Origin: Actinomycetota bacterium
Lineage (GTDB): Bacteria; Actinomycetota; Actinomycetes; S36-B12
Assembly: GCA_041164085.1 (NCBI GenBank)
Contig: JBEAQC010000016.1
Span: 1 to 51,846, forward strand
DNA: 51,846 nucleotides
Direction: 5' to 3'
Shown here piece after piece: positions 26,771 to 36,100 of this stretch (positions are counted from its first letter, which is position 1; each line of letters begins with the position of its first letter). The translations under genes and the position numbers were made by a program. The notes under the pieces are model-generated. The model saw nothing but the letters and a program-made list of their open reading frames with translations, made no database searches and had not been told where the DNA came from.

Positions 26771-27550
26771 ATGACCGACGCCGTCTGCCGACGCCTTGTG
26801 GGGCGCACCGCCCTCATCACCGGAGGGGCGAGCGGCATCGGGCTTGCCTCCGCCAAGCGGCTGGCGAGCGAGGGCGCGAATGTCGTCATCGCCGACATGG
26901 ATGACGCAGCGGGCGAGGCCGCGGCAGCCGAGGTGGGCGGGACATTCGTGCGTGCGGACGTCACGTCGCCTGAGGACAACGACCGGATGTACAAGGTCGC
27001 CGTCGATACCTACGGGTCGATCGATGTCGCCTTCCACAATGCCGGCATCTCACCTCCGGATGACGATTCCATCCTCGACACCGGGCTCGAAGCCTGGAAG
27101 CGAGTCCAGGATGTCAACCTCACGTCGGTCTACCTTGGATGCAAGGCGGTGCTGCCCTACATGCTCGAGCAGGGCCGCGGATCGATCATCAACGTCGCGT
27201 CGTTCGTGGCCACGATGGGTGCGGCCACCTCGCAAATCTCCTACACGGCATCCAAGGGCGGCGTGCTGTCGATGTCGCGCGAGCTCGGCGTGCAGTTCGC
27301 CCGTCAGGGCGTGCGCGTCAACGCGATCTCGCCCGGACCGGTGAAGACCCCGTTGCTCATGGAACTCTTCGCCAAGGACCCCGAGCGTGCGGCGCGTCGA
27401 TACGTGCACATCCCCTTCGGTCGCTTCGGGGAGCCCGAGGAGATCGCCGCAGCGGTCGCCTTCCTGGCCTCCGATGACTCCTCGTTCATCACCGCCTCCA
27501 ACTTCCTGGTGGACGGCGGCATCTCCGGCGCCTACGTCACCCCGCTGTAG
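26771..27550 (+). CDS. Short-chain dehydrogenase/reductase (SDR)
   Basis: ATG at 26771. TGGASGIG, NAG, catalytic S...YTASKGG (YxxxK), PGPVKTP. Confidence 0.9.
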   Translation: MTDAVCRRLVGRTALITGGASGIGLASAKRLASEGANVVIADMDDAAGEAAAAEVGGTFVRADVTSPEDNDRMYKVAVDTYGSIDVAFHNAGISPPDDDSILDTGLEAWKRVQDVNLTSVYLGCKAVLPYMLEQGRGSIINVASFVATMGAATSQISYTASKGGVLSMSRELGVQFARQGVRVNAISPGPVKTPLLMELFAKDPERAARRYVHIPFGRFGEPEEIAAAVAFLASDDSSFITASNFLVDGGISGAYVTPL

Positions 27551-27579
27551 CGGGCCTCCGCGTCACCCCGCTGTAGCGG
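27535..27579. repeat. 19-bp perfect direct repeat (cgtcaccccgctgtagcgg), 7-bp spacer, spanning two convergent stop codons
   Basis: Copy 1 (27535-27553) contains the SDR stop TAG. Copy 2 (27561-27579) contains, on the other strand, the last codons and stop of the hydrolase gene. Confidence 0.95.
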
Positions 27580-28270
27580 CCGCGACGAGCGCGCGGAAGA
27601 GCGGTAGCTCGGCGTCGCGGCGGTCCGGATGCTCGGGGTGCCACTGCACACCGACCGTGAATCGCGCCCCGGGATCCTCCAGCACCTCGATGAGACCGTC
27701 ATCGCTCCACCCGGTGGGTGTGAGATCTCCTGGATCCACCACTCCTTGGTGGTGGGAGGAATTCGTCATGATCTCGACGGCATCGTAGATCGCCGTGACA
27801 CGCGAGCCCTCCGCCAGGCGCACCCGGTGCTCGGTGAAGTCCCCCGGACGCTCACGGTGCGCGAGGCCATAGCCGGCATCGGGGAGGTCCTGGATGAGGG
27901 TGCCACCACAGGCCACCGCCATGACCTGCATGCCGCGGCAGATCCCCAGGAGCGGCAGATCGCGCGCGCGGGCACCCCGACAGAGCAGCATCTCGCCCGC
28001 ATCACGTTCGACACGGGGCTCGTCGGTCGTCGGGTGGGCCTCGGCACGGTAGTGGGCCGGACCGATATCAGCTCCGCCGACGATGATGAGCCCGTCGATG
28101 CGGTCGAGCACGTCGTCATCCTCGCTATCCGGCGGCAGGAGCACAGCGCGGCCGCCCGCCTGCATCACCGCATCGACGTACCACTCGTGCAGCAGCGCCG
28201 CCCGGATATCCCATGCCCCCCAGCGTGCAGGCTCGACGTACGTCGTGAGTCCGATGAGGGGTCGTGCCAT
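27563..28270 (-). CDS. Gamma-glutamyl hydrolase, peptidase C26 / class-I glutamine amidotransferase fold (PuuD-like)
   Basis: ATG at 28270. IGLTTY, DGLIIVGGADI, nucleophile GICRGMQ, SSHHQ, GVQWHPE. Confidence 0.85.
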   Translation of the reverse strand: MARPLIGLTTYVEPARWGAWDIRAALLHEWYVDAVMQAGGRAVLLPPDSEDDDVLDRIDGLIIVGGADIGPAHYRAEAHPTTDEPRVERDAGEMLLCRGARARDLPLLGICRGMQVMAVACGGTLIQDLPDAGYGLAHRERPGDFTEHRVRLAEGSRVTAIYDAVEIMTNSSHHQGVVDPGDLTPTGWSDDGLIEVLEDPGARFTVGVQWHPEHPDRRDAELPLFRALVAAATAG

Positions 28271-28403
28271 GGGGTCAGTGTCTCGCGTGGTCGGCAGCCA
28301 CGAGGGCTGGGGGAGCGGGCGTGGCGGTGAGCCGCCATGATGGTGGGGAAGATCCCGGGCACCGCCGGTGTTGACCGCGGTGACCACCCTCAGGAGGAGT
28401 CCG

Positions 28404-29594
28404 ATGTCACTGCCGCCGCTCGTCGAGCCTGCCGACAGCCTGTCCGCTGACGAGGTTCGCCGCTACAGCCGCCACCTGATCATCCCCGACGTGGGGATGA
28501 TGGGCCAGAAGCGCCTGAAGAACGCGCGAGTGCTGTGTATCGGCGCAGGCGGCCTGGGCAGCCCGGCGCTGATGTACCTGGCTGCCGCGGGGGTCGGCAC
28601 GCTCGGCATCGTGGAGTTCGACACCGTCGATGAGTCCAACCTCCAGCGGCAGATCATCCACGGCCAGAGCGATATCGGCCGCTCGAAGGCCGAAAGTGCC
28701 CGCGACTCGATCAAGGAGATCAATCCCTACGTCGATGTCATCATCCATGACGAGCGGCTTGATTCGAGCAATGTGCTCCCGCTGTTCTCGCAGTACGACC
28801 TCATCGTGGATGGCACCGATAATTTCGCCACCCGCTACCTCGTCAACGATGCGTGCGTGCTGCTCGGCAAGCCCTACGTCTGGGGATCAATCTACCGCTT
28901 CGACGGCCAGGCCAGCGTCTTCTGGGCCGAGCACGGCCCGTGCTACCGCTGCCTCTATCCCGAGCCTCCTCCGCCCGGCATGGTCCCCTCCTGCGCAGAG
29001 GGCGGGGTACTCGGTGTTCTCTGCGCGAGCATCGGATCGATCCAGGTCACCGAAGCCATCAAGCTCCTCACCGGCATCGGTGATCCCCTGCTGGGCCGAC
29101 TTAAGGTCTACGACGCGCTCGAGATGGACTACCGCGAGGTCCGCATCCGCAAGGACCCCCAGTGCGCCGTGTGCGGACCCAACGCCACGGTGACCGAGCT
29201 CATCGACTACGACGCCTTCTGCGGCACCATCTCCGATGCGGCGGCCGAGGCGGCGCGGGACAGCACGATCAGCGTGCACGACCTCAAGCAGATGCTGGAC
29301 GAGCGGGCACGTGGTGAGCGCGACTTCGTGCTCATCGACGTGCGTGAGCCGATCGAGTGGGAGATCGCCACGATCGAGGGAGCGGAACTCATCCCCAAGG
29401 GCGAGTTCCTGGACGGCTCGGCCCTGGAGAAGCTGCCCAACGACAAGCAGATCGTGCTCCATTGCAAGGTCGGAGGGCGATCCGCCGAGGTGCTCGCGGT
29501 CCTGCACGGGGCCGGCTTCTCCGACGCCGTGCACGTCGGCGGCGGCATCAACGCCTGGTCGCTCCAGGTCGATCCGGACACGCCCTACTACTGA
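28404..29594 (+). CDS. moeZ: Adenylyltransferase/sulfurtransferase MoeZ (ThiF/MoeB domain plus rhodanese domain)
   Basis: AGGAGG upstream. RYSRHLIIPDVGMMGQKRL, CIGAGGLGSP, CYRCLYP, CAVCG. C-terminal rhodanese loop HCKVGGRS. Rv3206c-like. Confidence 0.9.
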   Translation: MSLPPLVEPADSLSADEVRRYSRHLIIPDVGMMGQKRLKNARVLCIGAGGLGSPALMYLAAAGVGTLGIVEFDTVDESNLQRQIIHGQSDIGRSKAESARDSIKEINPYVDVIIHDERLDSSNVLPLFSQYDLIVDGTDNFATRYLVNDACVLLGKPYVWGSIYRFDGQASVFWAEHGPCYRCLYPEPPPPGMVPSCAEGGVLGVLCASIGSIQVTEAIKLLTGIGDPLLGRLKVYDALEMDYREVRIRKDPQCAVCGPNATVTELIDYDAFCGTISDAAAEAARDSTISVHDLKQMLDERARGERDFVLIDVREPIEWEIATIEGAELIPKGEFLDGSALEKLPNDKQIVLHCKVGGRSAEVLAVLHGAGFSDAVHVGGGINAWSLQVDPDTPYY

Positions 29595-29628
29595 TCAACC
29601 CTCCCGCTGGTGCGGCTAGTCTCACCCG

Positions 29629-30378
29629 GTGGTCGGGCTGGGGACGCTGCTCAACATGGCGGCGATCGTGGTGGGTTCCGGCATCGGCGTTGTGGTGGGT
29701 GGGCGCCTTCCTCAGCGCACGCGTGACCTCATCACGCAGGCCCTCGGCCTTGTCACGCTGGTCGTGGCCGCGATCAACGTCCTGGCGCTGAGCGAGGCGG
29801 CGTGGATTGCCGACGTCGGTGCGACGGCCCCCCTTCTCATCGTCCTGGGCTCGGTCGTCATCGGCGGCGTTATCGGCTCCCTCCTGCGCATCGAGGACCG
29901 GGCTGAGGCCCTCGGCGGCTGGCTGCAGCGGCGCGTGAGCAAGGAGGCGGATAGCCGCGGGCGCGCGCGCTTCATCGAGGGGTTCGTCGACGCGTCGCTG
30001 CTGTTCTGCATCGGCCCCCTGGCGATCCTGGGAGCGCTGTCCGACGGACTCGGTCAGGGACTCGACCAGTTGGCCCTGAAGTCCGTCATCGATGGCTTCG
30101 CCGCGATCGCTTTCGCCGCGACACTCGGGTGGGGTGTCGCCTTCTCTGCCCTCGCCGTCGGCGTCGTGCAAGGGATTTTCACGCTTCTCGGCGTGGTCGT
30201 CGGAAGTGTCCTCGCGGCGTCGGCCATCGCGAGCATCACCGCGACGGGGGGTGTGCTCCTGATCGGACTGTCGCTGCGACTGCTCGGTCTGTCTCGACTG
30301 CCGGTCGCGGACCTGCTGCCCGCGCTGGTCATCGCCCCACTGCTCACCCTGGCAGTGGTCGCGGTGCGCGGGGGCTAG
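29629..30378 (+). CDS. DUF554 family membrane protein
   Basis: GTG start. GTLLNMAAIVVGSGIGVVVGGRLPQRTRD..TQALGLVTL and SVIDGFAAIAFAATLGWGV are DUF554/YdfK-like. Multi-TM. Confidence 0.75.
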   Translation: MVGLGTLLNMAAIVVGSGIGVVVGGRLPQRTRDLITQALGLVTLVVAAINVLALSEAAWIADVGATAPLLIVLGSVVIGGVIGSLLRIEDRAEALGGWLQRRVSKEADSRGRARFIEGFVDASLLFCIGPLAILGALSDGLGQGLDQLALKSVIDGFAAIAFAATLGWGVAFSALAVGVVQGIFTLLGVVVGSVLAASAIASITATGGVLLIGLSLRLLGLSRLPVADLLPALVIAPLLTLAVVAVRGG

Positions 30379-30572
30379 GCCTCGACGTCGGAGACGAAGC
30401 CGATCTTCTTGTGCGAGCCGTCGCAGAAGGGCTTCTTCTCCGATGCTCCGCAACGGCAGAGGTAGACCTTGTCGGCGGTGCGGATCTCCGTGCCGTCGGA
30501 GGCGTTGACGCGGCAGTGGCCGGCCACCTCGAGGGGACCGTCGACCAGGGGGGTGATGCTCACTTCGCTCAT
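30375..30572 (-). CDS. CDGSH iron-sulfur domain protein
   Basis: 65 aa with the exact CDGSH motif: CRCGASEKKPFCDGSH. Confidence 0.85.
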   Translation of the reverse strand: MSEVSITPLVDGPLEVAGHCRVNASDGTEIRTADKVYLCRCGASEKKPFCDGSHKKIGFVSDVEA

Positions 30573-30582
30573 GCGGCTGACC

Positions 30583-33078
30583 CTACAGATACCCCTTCTT
30601 GGTCAGCCAATTGAACGCCGCATAGCCGGGGATGGTGGGAATCCAGAAGGTGATGAGACGGAAGAGCAGCACGGCGGAGACCGCGATGCCACCGGGTAGG
30701 CCCGCAGCGGTGAGGCCAGCCGCGAGCGCAGCCTCCACCGCGCCGAGGCCACCGGGGGTCGGTGCGGCCTGGCCGATGGTGGCGCCGGCGAGGTAGACGA
30801 CCGCGATCGCCGCGATGTTGAGGTCGCCATCGAAAGCGCGCACGCAGGCCGCGAGGACGACGATGTAGGCAAGGTTGAGCAGCACGATGCCGCCGATGCC
30901 CTCGACGAGTTTCGTGGGTCGCTGGGCGACCGTGACCAGCCGGGGGATCACCTCGCGCAGCAGCGGGCGCACACGACCGAAGACGTATCGGCGTAGGGGT
31001 GGCACCGCGAACGCTGCGAAGAAGAGCGTCACGACGGCGATCACCGCGATGACGGCCCACGGCGGTGGGTCGAAGGTGAAGTCCGCCTGGGTCCCGGCCG
31101 CGATGCCGAAGCCGAGCAGGAGCAGCAGGTGTACAGCAAAAGCGGCGACTTGGGATACACCGACGCTTGCACCCGCGAGCGCCGGGTGCAGGCCTGCCTT
31201 CGTCAGGAAGCGCATGTTGATCGCAACCGAGCCCAGGGTCGGAGGCGAAACGAGGGTGGCGAAGTCACCGGCGACCTGGGCGAGCATTGTCCGATGGAGC
31301 GGGATGCGCTCGGGCACGAAGCCGCTCAGCGACCAGGCGGCTCCGACGTACGTGACGAGTGCCGCCACGACGGCGACCGCGAGCCACTCGAGAGAGGCCG
31401 AGGTGAGGAGTTCGCCGAGGTCGACCTGGGCGAGCTGGGAGAGCAGGACGTAGGCGGCAATGGTGCCGACCACGATCATGATGAGCGTGCGTGGCTTGAT
31501 CCGCTCGACGTTGATCTGCTCGACCTCGCCGTCGGGCCGGATCTCCACGAGTGCGTCGCGCAGGTGGACCATGAGGTCCCGGTTCTTGCGCATGGCCCGC
31601 CGGGTGGTCGGCGTCAGAGCCACCGGCTGCAGCACAGGCAGTGCGCGCGCTAGGCCTGGGACGCCGAGGACTCGGCGGCCGGTCCGGATGGCCCGATCGG
31701 CGCCGACGATGAGCGCCAGAGTGCAGAGCAACTCGGCCACGTCGATGCGCTGAGCGACATCGCTGGCCGCCACTGTGCCGCTGGCCTCACCGACCAGCCA
31801 CACCTTGCCCTCGCGGTCACGCAGGATGTTGTCTGCCGTCAGGCTGCGGTGCGCGATCTCGCTCTCGTGCAGCGTGCGCATCGCCCGCCAGGCCTGCTCG
31901 AGATCATCGTCGGTGATCTGATCGGCGTCGAGGTCACAGAAGCGCGTGCCCACGGTGTAGTCGTAGGCGAGCAACGCCGAGTCTGCGCCCACCTCACTCG
32001 TGAGCAGCAGTCGAGGCACGGGAGCGTGAGCTGCCTGAGCGGCGTATGCCATCAGCGCCGCGTGATCGAGTTCGCGCCGCATGTTGAATGCCCCACGGCC
32101 GGTCTCATCCCGGAGCCGGAGGGCCTTCCAGGCTGCGCTCGCCAGACCGGCGCCTTCGAGGTCTCGATCGAGGACGACCACTTCGAGGGATTCGCCGCTG
32201 CGCGTGGTCGCGACGTAGCGACGCCCGATCGCGGTCTGACGCGAGGCGCGCAGGACCGTGAGCGGGTATCCGCCGCGCGCCATCGTCTCGGCGACCTGGG
32301 AGCCGAGGGGGCGGGTTGTGGGCGTGCCCAGGGTGTATCGCGTGAGCAGGCCCAGGCCCCAGCCCGCGAAGAACGAGATGAGGAGCCCGGCGACGGTGGC
32401 GGTCCCGCTGAGCAGCGCCACGGTGGCGAGGGATCCCACAACCAGCACCGACAGCACGTCCCACGGGCGCCGACTCATCAGGCGCGCGACGGTGACGAAG
32501 GCAGTCAGGCCGCCGATGATCGGCGCCGTGACCGAGGTGTCGCCACCCACCGATCCCGCGAGAGCCGTGACGAGGCGGACACTGCCGAAGGTTTCGACGA
32601 GGTACGACGCGAGCGTGAGCAGCGTGACGGTGAGAAGGAGGCCAACGAGTGCATCGAAGAGCTGACGGACTCGTCGGCGGATGACGAGGTTGATCGCCGC
32701 CGCAATCGGCAGGCCGATGAGGCCGATGCCGCCGATGATGTTGATGGCGAGGATGACGATGGATGGCAGGAGGGCGGCTCCGCCGGAGATGTCCTCCTCG
32801 ATTCCCTCGGTCGTGCCGGTCGCGAAGTAGGCGACCAGCACCGTTGCCGCGGTGGCCGCGAGGGCGACGAGGAAACGAGCCAGATCGAGGGGGCGGCGCA
32901 GCCGACGGGGGATGACACCGTCTTCGATGACGACGGTTGACTGGGGTCCCGCCGAGTTCGTCGGACGGGGGATCGCAACGGTTTGCCGGGGGGTCTCCTC
33001 GTCCGGCGACGGGGCTGAAGGCGTCGTCGGGGCAGCCTCAGCCGGGGTGTCCCCGGGGCGCGCCCCCACGTCGGTCAT
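30583..33078 (-). CDS. Large membrane protein: N-terminal TM bundle, kinase-like (apparently degenerate) cytoplasmic domain, C-terminal LPG-synthase-TM/UPF0104 flippase-like domain
   Basis: 831 aa. The central segment has HRSLTADNILRDREGKVWLVGEAS (kinase catalytic-loop-like, but HRS rather than HRD). The C-terminal ~300 aa multi-TM region (AQVAGDFATLVSPPTLGSVAINMRFL...GGLGAVEAALAAGL) is typical of TIGR00374/LPG_synthase_TM. Confidence 0.7.
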   Translation of the reverse strand: MTDVGARPGDTPAEAAPTTPSAPSPDEETPRQTVAIPRPTNSAGPQSTVVIEDGVIPRRLRRPLDLARFLVALAATAATVLVAYFATGTTEGIEEDISGGAALLPSIVILAINIIGGIGLIGLPIAAAINLVIRRRVRQLFDALVGLLLTVTLLTLASYLVETFGSVRLVTALAGSVGGDTSVTAPIIGGLTAFVTVARLMSRRPWDVLSVLVVGSLATVALLSGTATVAGLLISFFAGWGLGLLTRYTLGTPTTRPLGSQVAETMARGGYPLTVLRASRQTAIGRRYVATTRSGESLEVVVLDRDLEGAGLASAAWKALRLRDETGRGAFNMRRELDHAALMAYAAQAAHAPVPRLLLTSEVGADSALLAYDYTVGTRFCDLDADQITDDDLEQAWRAMRTLHESEIAHRSLTADNILRDREGKVWLVGEASGTVAASDVAQRIDVAELLCTLALIVGADRAIRTGRRVLGVPGLARALPVLQPVALTPTTRRAMRKNRDLMVHLRDALVEIRPDGEVEQINVERIKPRTLIMIVVGTIAAYVLLSQLAQVDLGELLTSASLEWLAVAVVAALVTYVGAAWSLSGFVPERIPLHRTMLAQVAGDFATLVSPPTLGSVAINMRFLTKAGLHPALAGASVGVSQVAAFAVHLLLLLGFGIAAGTQADFTFDPPPWAVIAVIAVVTLFFAAFAVPPLRRYVFGRVRPLLREVIPRLVTVAQRPTKLVEGIGGIVLLNLAYIVVLAACVRAFDGDLNIAAIAVVYLAGATIGQAAPTPGGLGAVEAALAAGLTAAGLPGGIAVSAVLLFRLITFWIPTIPGYAAFNWLTKKGYL

Positions 33079-33128
33079 CCCCCGATCGTCCCATCCACGG
33101 CCCCTCGTGTCGGGCTGGCCCGGTCAGC

Positions 33129-36100
33129 ATGTCAGGGGCGACTGATGGGATGTCGGTCATGCCCGGGCCGATCCTGCACCGCTCGCCCCCTCAGGCTGCC
33201 CCCCATCGCGTGCTGGATCCGGCCCAGCAGCGCGTGGTCGACTGGCGCGGCCCCGGCACCTGCGTCGTGCTCGGTTCACCTGCAACGGGGGGCACGACCA
33301 CGCTGATGGAGTCCGTCGTTGCTCGCATGCGAGATGTGCCGGCGGCGCGCATGCTCGTCATCTGTCGAGACCGCGATGCCGTCAAGCGCATGCGTGCGGC
33401 CCTCGCCCGGCGCCTGCCGCATGCAGCCCTGCCCACGGTGACGACGTTCCATGGACTCGCCTATGCCCTCGTGCGGCGGACCACCACACCGGACACCCCG
33501 ATGCCGCGATTGCTCTCCGGCGCGGAGGAGGACGCGCGCATCCGGGATCTCCTGCGTGGAGCGATCGACGATGGTGCCCTGAATTGGCCTGAAGACCTCA
33601 TGGCCGCGTCGTCGACGCTCGGCTTTGCCAACGACCTGCGCGCCGTCCTCACTCGCGCTCGCGAGCTCGGGATTGGCCCGGAGCGCCTGACCGAGGTCGG
33701 CCGCGATGCCCGTGTCCCGGCTTGGGAAGTCCTTGGGCACCTTGCCGAGATCGATGACGATGTGATGGCGCTCGAGGGGATCGTCGACTACTCGCGCCTG
33801 CTGGAGCTCGCGATCGGCGCAGCTCGACAGTGGCGAGGGGAGTTGGAGTGCATCTGGGTTGATGACTTCCAGGAGGCCGGCGCTCTCCAGCGCCACCTCC
33901 TCATCGCGTTGACCAGTCCGTCGACATCCACGGTCGTCTTCGCCGATCCTGATGTCGCCGCATTCGGCTTCCGGGGAGGCGATCGGCTCGGCGCATTGCG
34001 TCTCATCGAGGAGGCGCGTGCGCACGTCATTGTGCTGGATCGCTACTACGCGGGCGGCGGTCAGCTCCGCGAGGCCTATGACACCGTGCGGCGCCAGCCG
34101 GCGCTGCCCGGACTCGCTGCCGACGACCTTCGCGCCTACCGTCAGCCCCAAGCTGCGGAGAGCATCACCTTCGGCACGGTGACCGCGCTGTCGCACGATA
34201 CGTGGGCGGACCTCGCCGCATGGGTCGCCGACGACCTGCGGCGCCTCCACCTCTCCTCGGGGGTGGCATGGGATGACATGGCAGTGATCGCCCGGTCGAC
34301 GGAGCATCTCGAGAGCCTGCGGCGGGCCCTGATGGTCGCGGGGGTTCCGGTGACTGTGGCTGCTTCCGACATCCCGCTTCAGGAAGAGGCAGCGGTCGCG
34401 ACACTCCTCAGCGCCGTCGCAGCGGCGATTAGTCCCGGTGACCTGTCGGATCGGGACGCACTCGAACTCATCACGGGACCGCTGCTGGCACTCGATGCCG
34501 CCCAGGTGCGCCTCCTTGCCCGTGCGCTTCGCGCAGCGCACCGAGCGCGCGATGACGGCGACGCACCACCTTCCGGCTCGCGGCTCGTGCGAGACCTGCT
34601 CGTGGACACCATCCGGGGCGAGGACGCCGGACTGGATGTCGAGGGTGGTGCTGCCACCGTGAGGGATCGGGTCGTCGCCTTGGGTCGCATGCTCGCTGAC
34701 GTCCGCGCACACGCCGACGGCGACCAGGCTCCGGCGCAGGTCCTGTGGCGCATATGGAGCCAGGCACTCCCCGATGACGAGGGTTGGTCCTGGCCCGAGC
34801 GACTTCGCCGCGCGGCGCTCGGCGGCCACCTCGCGAGTGGTCACGACCTCGACGCCGTGATCGCGCTCTTCGCCACGGCCGAGCGGTTGAGTGATCGCTA
34901 CGCCGGGGTGGTCGGCATCCGGGGCCTGCTGGCTGCACTCAGCGGTCAGCGCGTGGCGGCCGAACGTGTGACGGCGGCCGCGCCAGCGACTCCAGCGGTC
35001 GCCTTGATGACCGCGCACGTGTCCGTGGGGCGATCCTGGCCTCATGTGATCGTGATTGGAGCGCAGGAGGGCACGTGGCCACCCAGCCTGGGCTCGTCGT
35101 CGGCCCTTCGGATCCACGAATGGGAAGCCGTCGTGAGCGGTGATGGCCCGAGTGATGTCGCAGGAGCGCTGCGCGATGCTGCGATCGAGCGCATGTCGCA
35201 GGAGCGCAGGCTCTTTGCCCTCGCGGTATCACGAGCGCGCGACAGCCTGGCCGTCGCGGTCGTGACGTCCGACACCGATCAGCCCAGTCGATTCGTCGAC
35301 GATCTTGGTGTCGAGTCCATCCACAGACCCGGCCGTCCGCCCCGGCCGCTCAGCCTGGACGGCATGGTGTCGCGACTACGCACGATCGCTGAGGATCCCT
35401 CCGCACCGCGGTCATTGCGCGCAGCAGCCATCGACCGACTGGCGATCCTCGCTGACACGTGTGACGACAACGGCATCCCCCTCGTCCCGCGGGCCGACCC
35501 TGCCGTGTGGTGGGGTGTTGCCGATCCAAGCCCCGGCATGGCGCCGGTGCGGGCACCTGATCGATCCGTGACCCTGTCCGGATCCGGACTCGCCACCTTG
35601 CAAAAGTGCCCGCTGCGATGGTTCCTGTCTCGCGTGGTGCGTGCCGAGGGCCCTCGCGGCAAGGCGCTGGCGATCGGAAGCCTGGTCCACGCCATGGCGG
35701 AGCACGCCGCCCGTGGCGATATCCCCATCGATGCCGCCGTCATGATGGGGCAGATCGATCGCGTCTGGTCGGAGTTGGCCTTCGATGCGCCGTGGGAGGC
35801 CGTGGCCGAGCGATCGGATGTGGAGGCAGCACTGCTCCGGCTCTGCACGTACCTTCGCGACGCGGACTCCGCCGTAGCCGTGGAGCACACTTTCACCGTC
35901 TCGATTCCCTTGCGCGCCGCGCAGAGCGACGATGATGTGGACGCCGCAATCACCGTTGCGGGCGCTATCGATCGTGTCGAGATCGACTCCGACGGACGAG
36001 TCCACCTCGTCGACTTCAAGACCGCGCGCACCCTCCCCAGCGCGCGTGCCGTCGCGGAGGACGTCCAACTGGGCATGTATCAACTCGCCGTGCAGCATGG

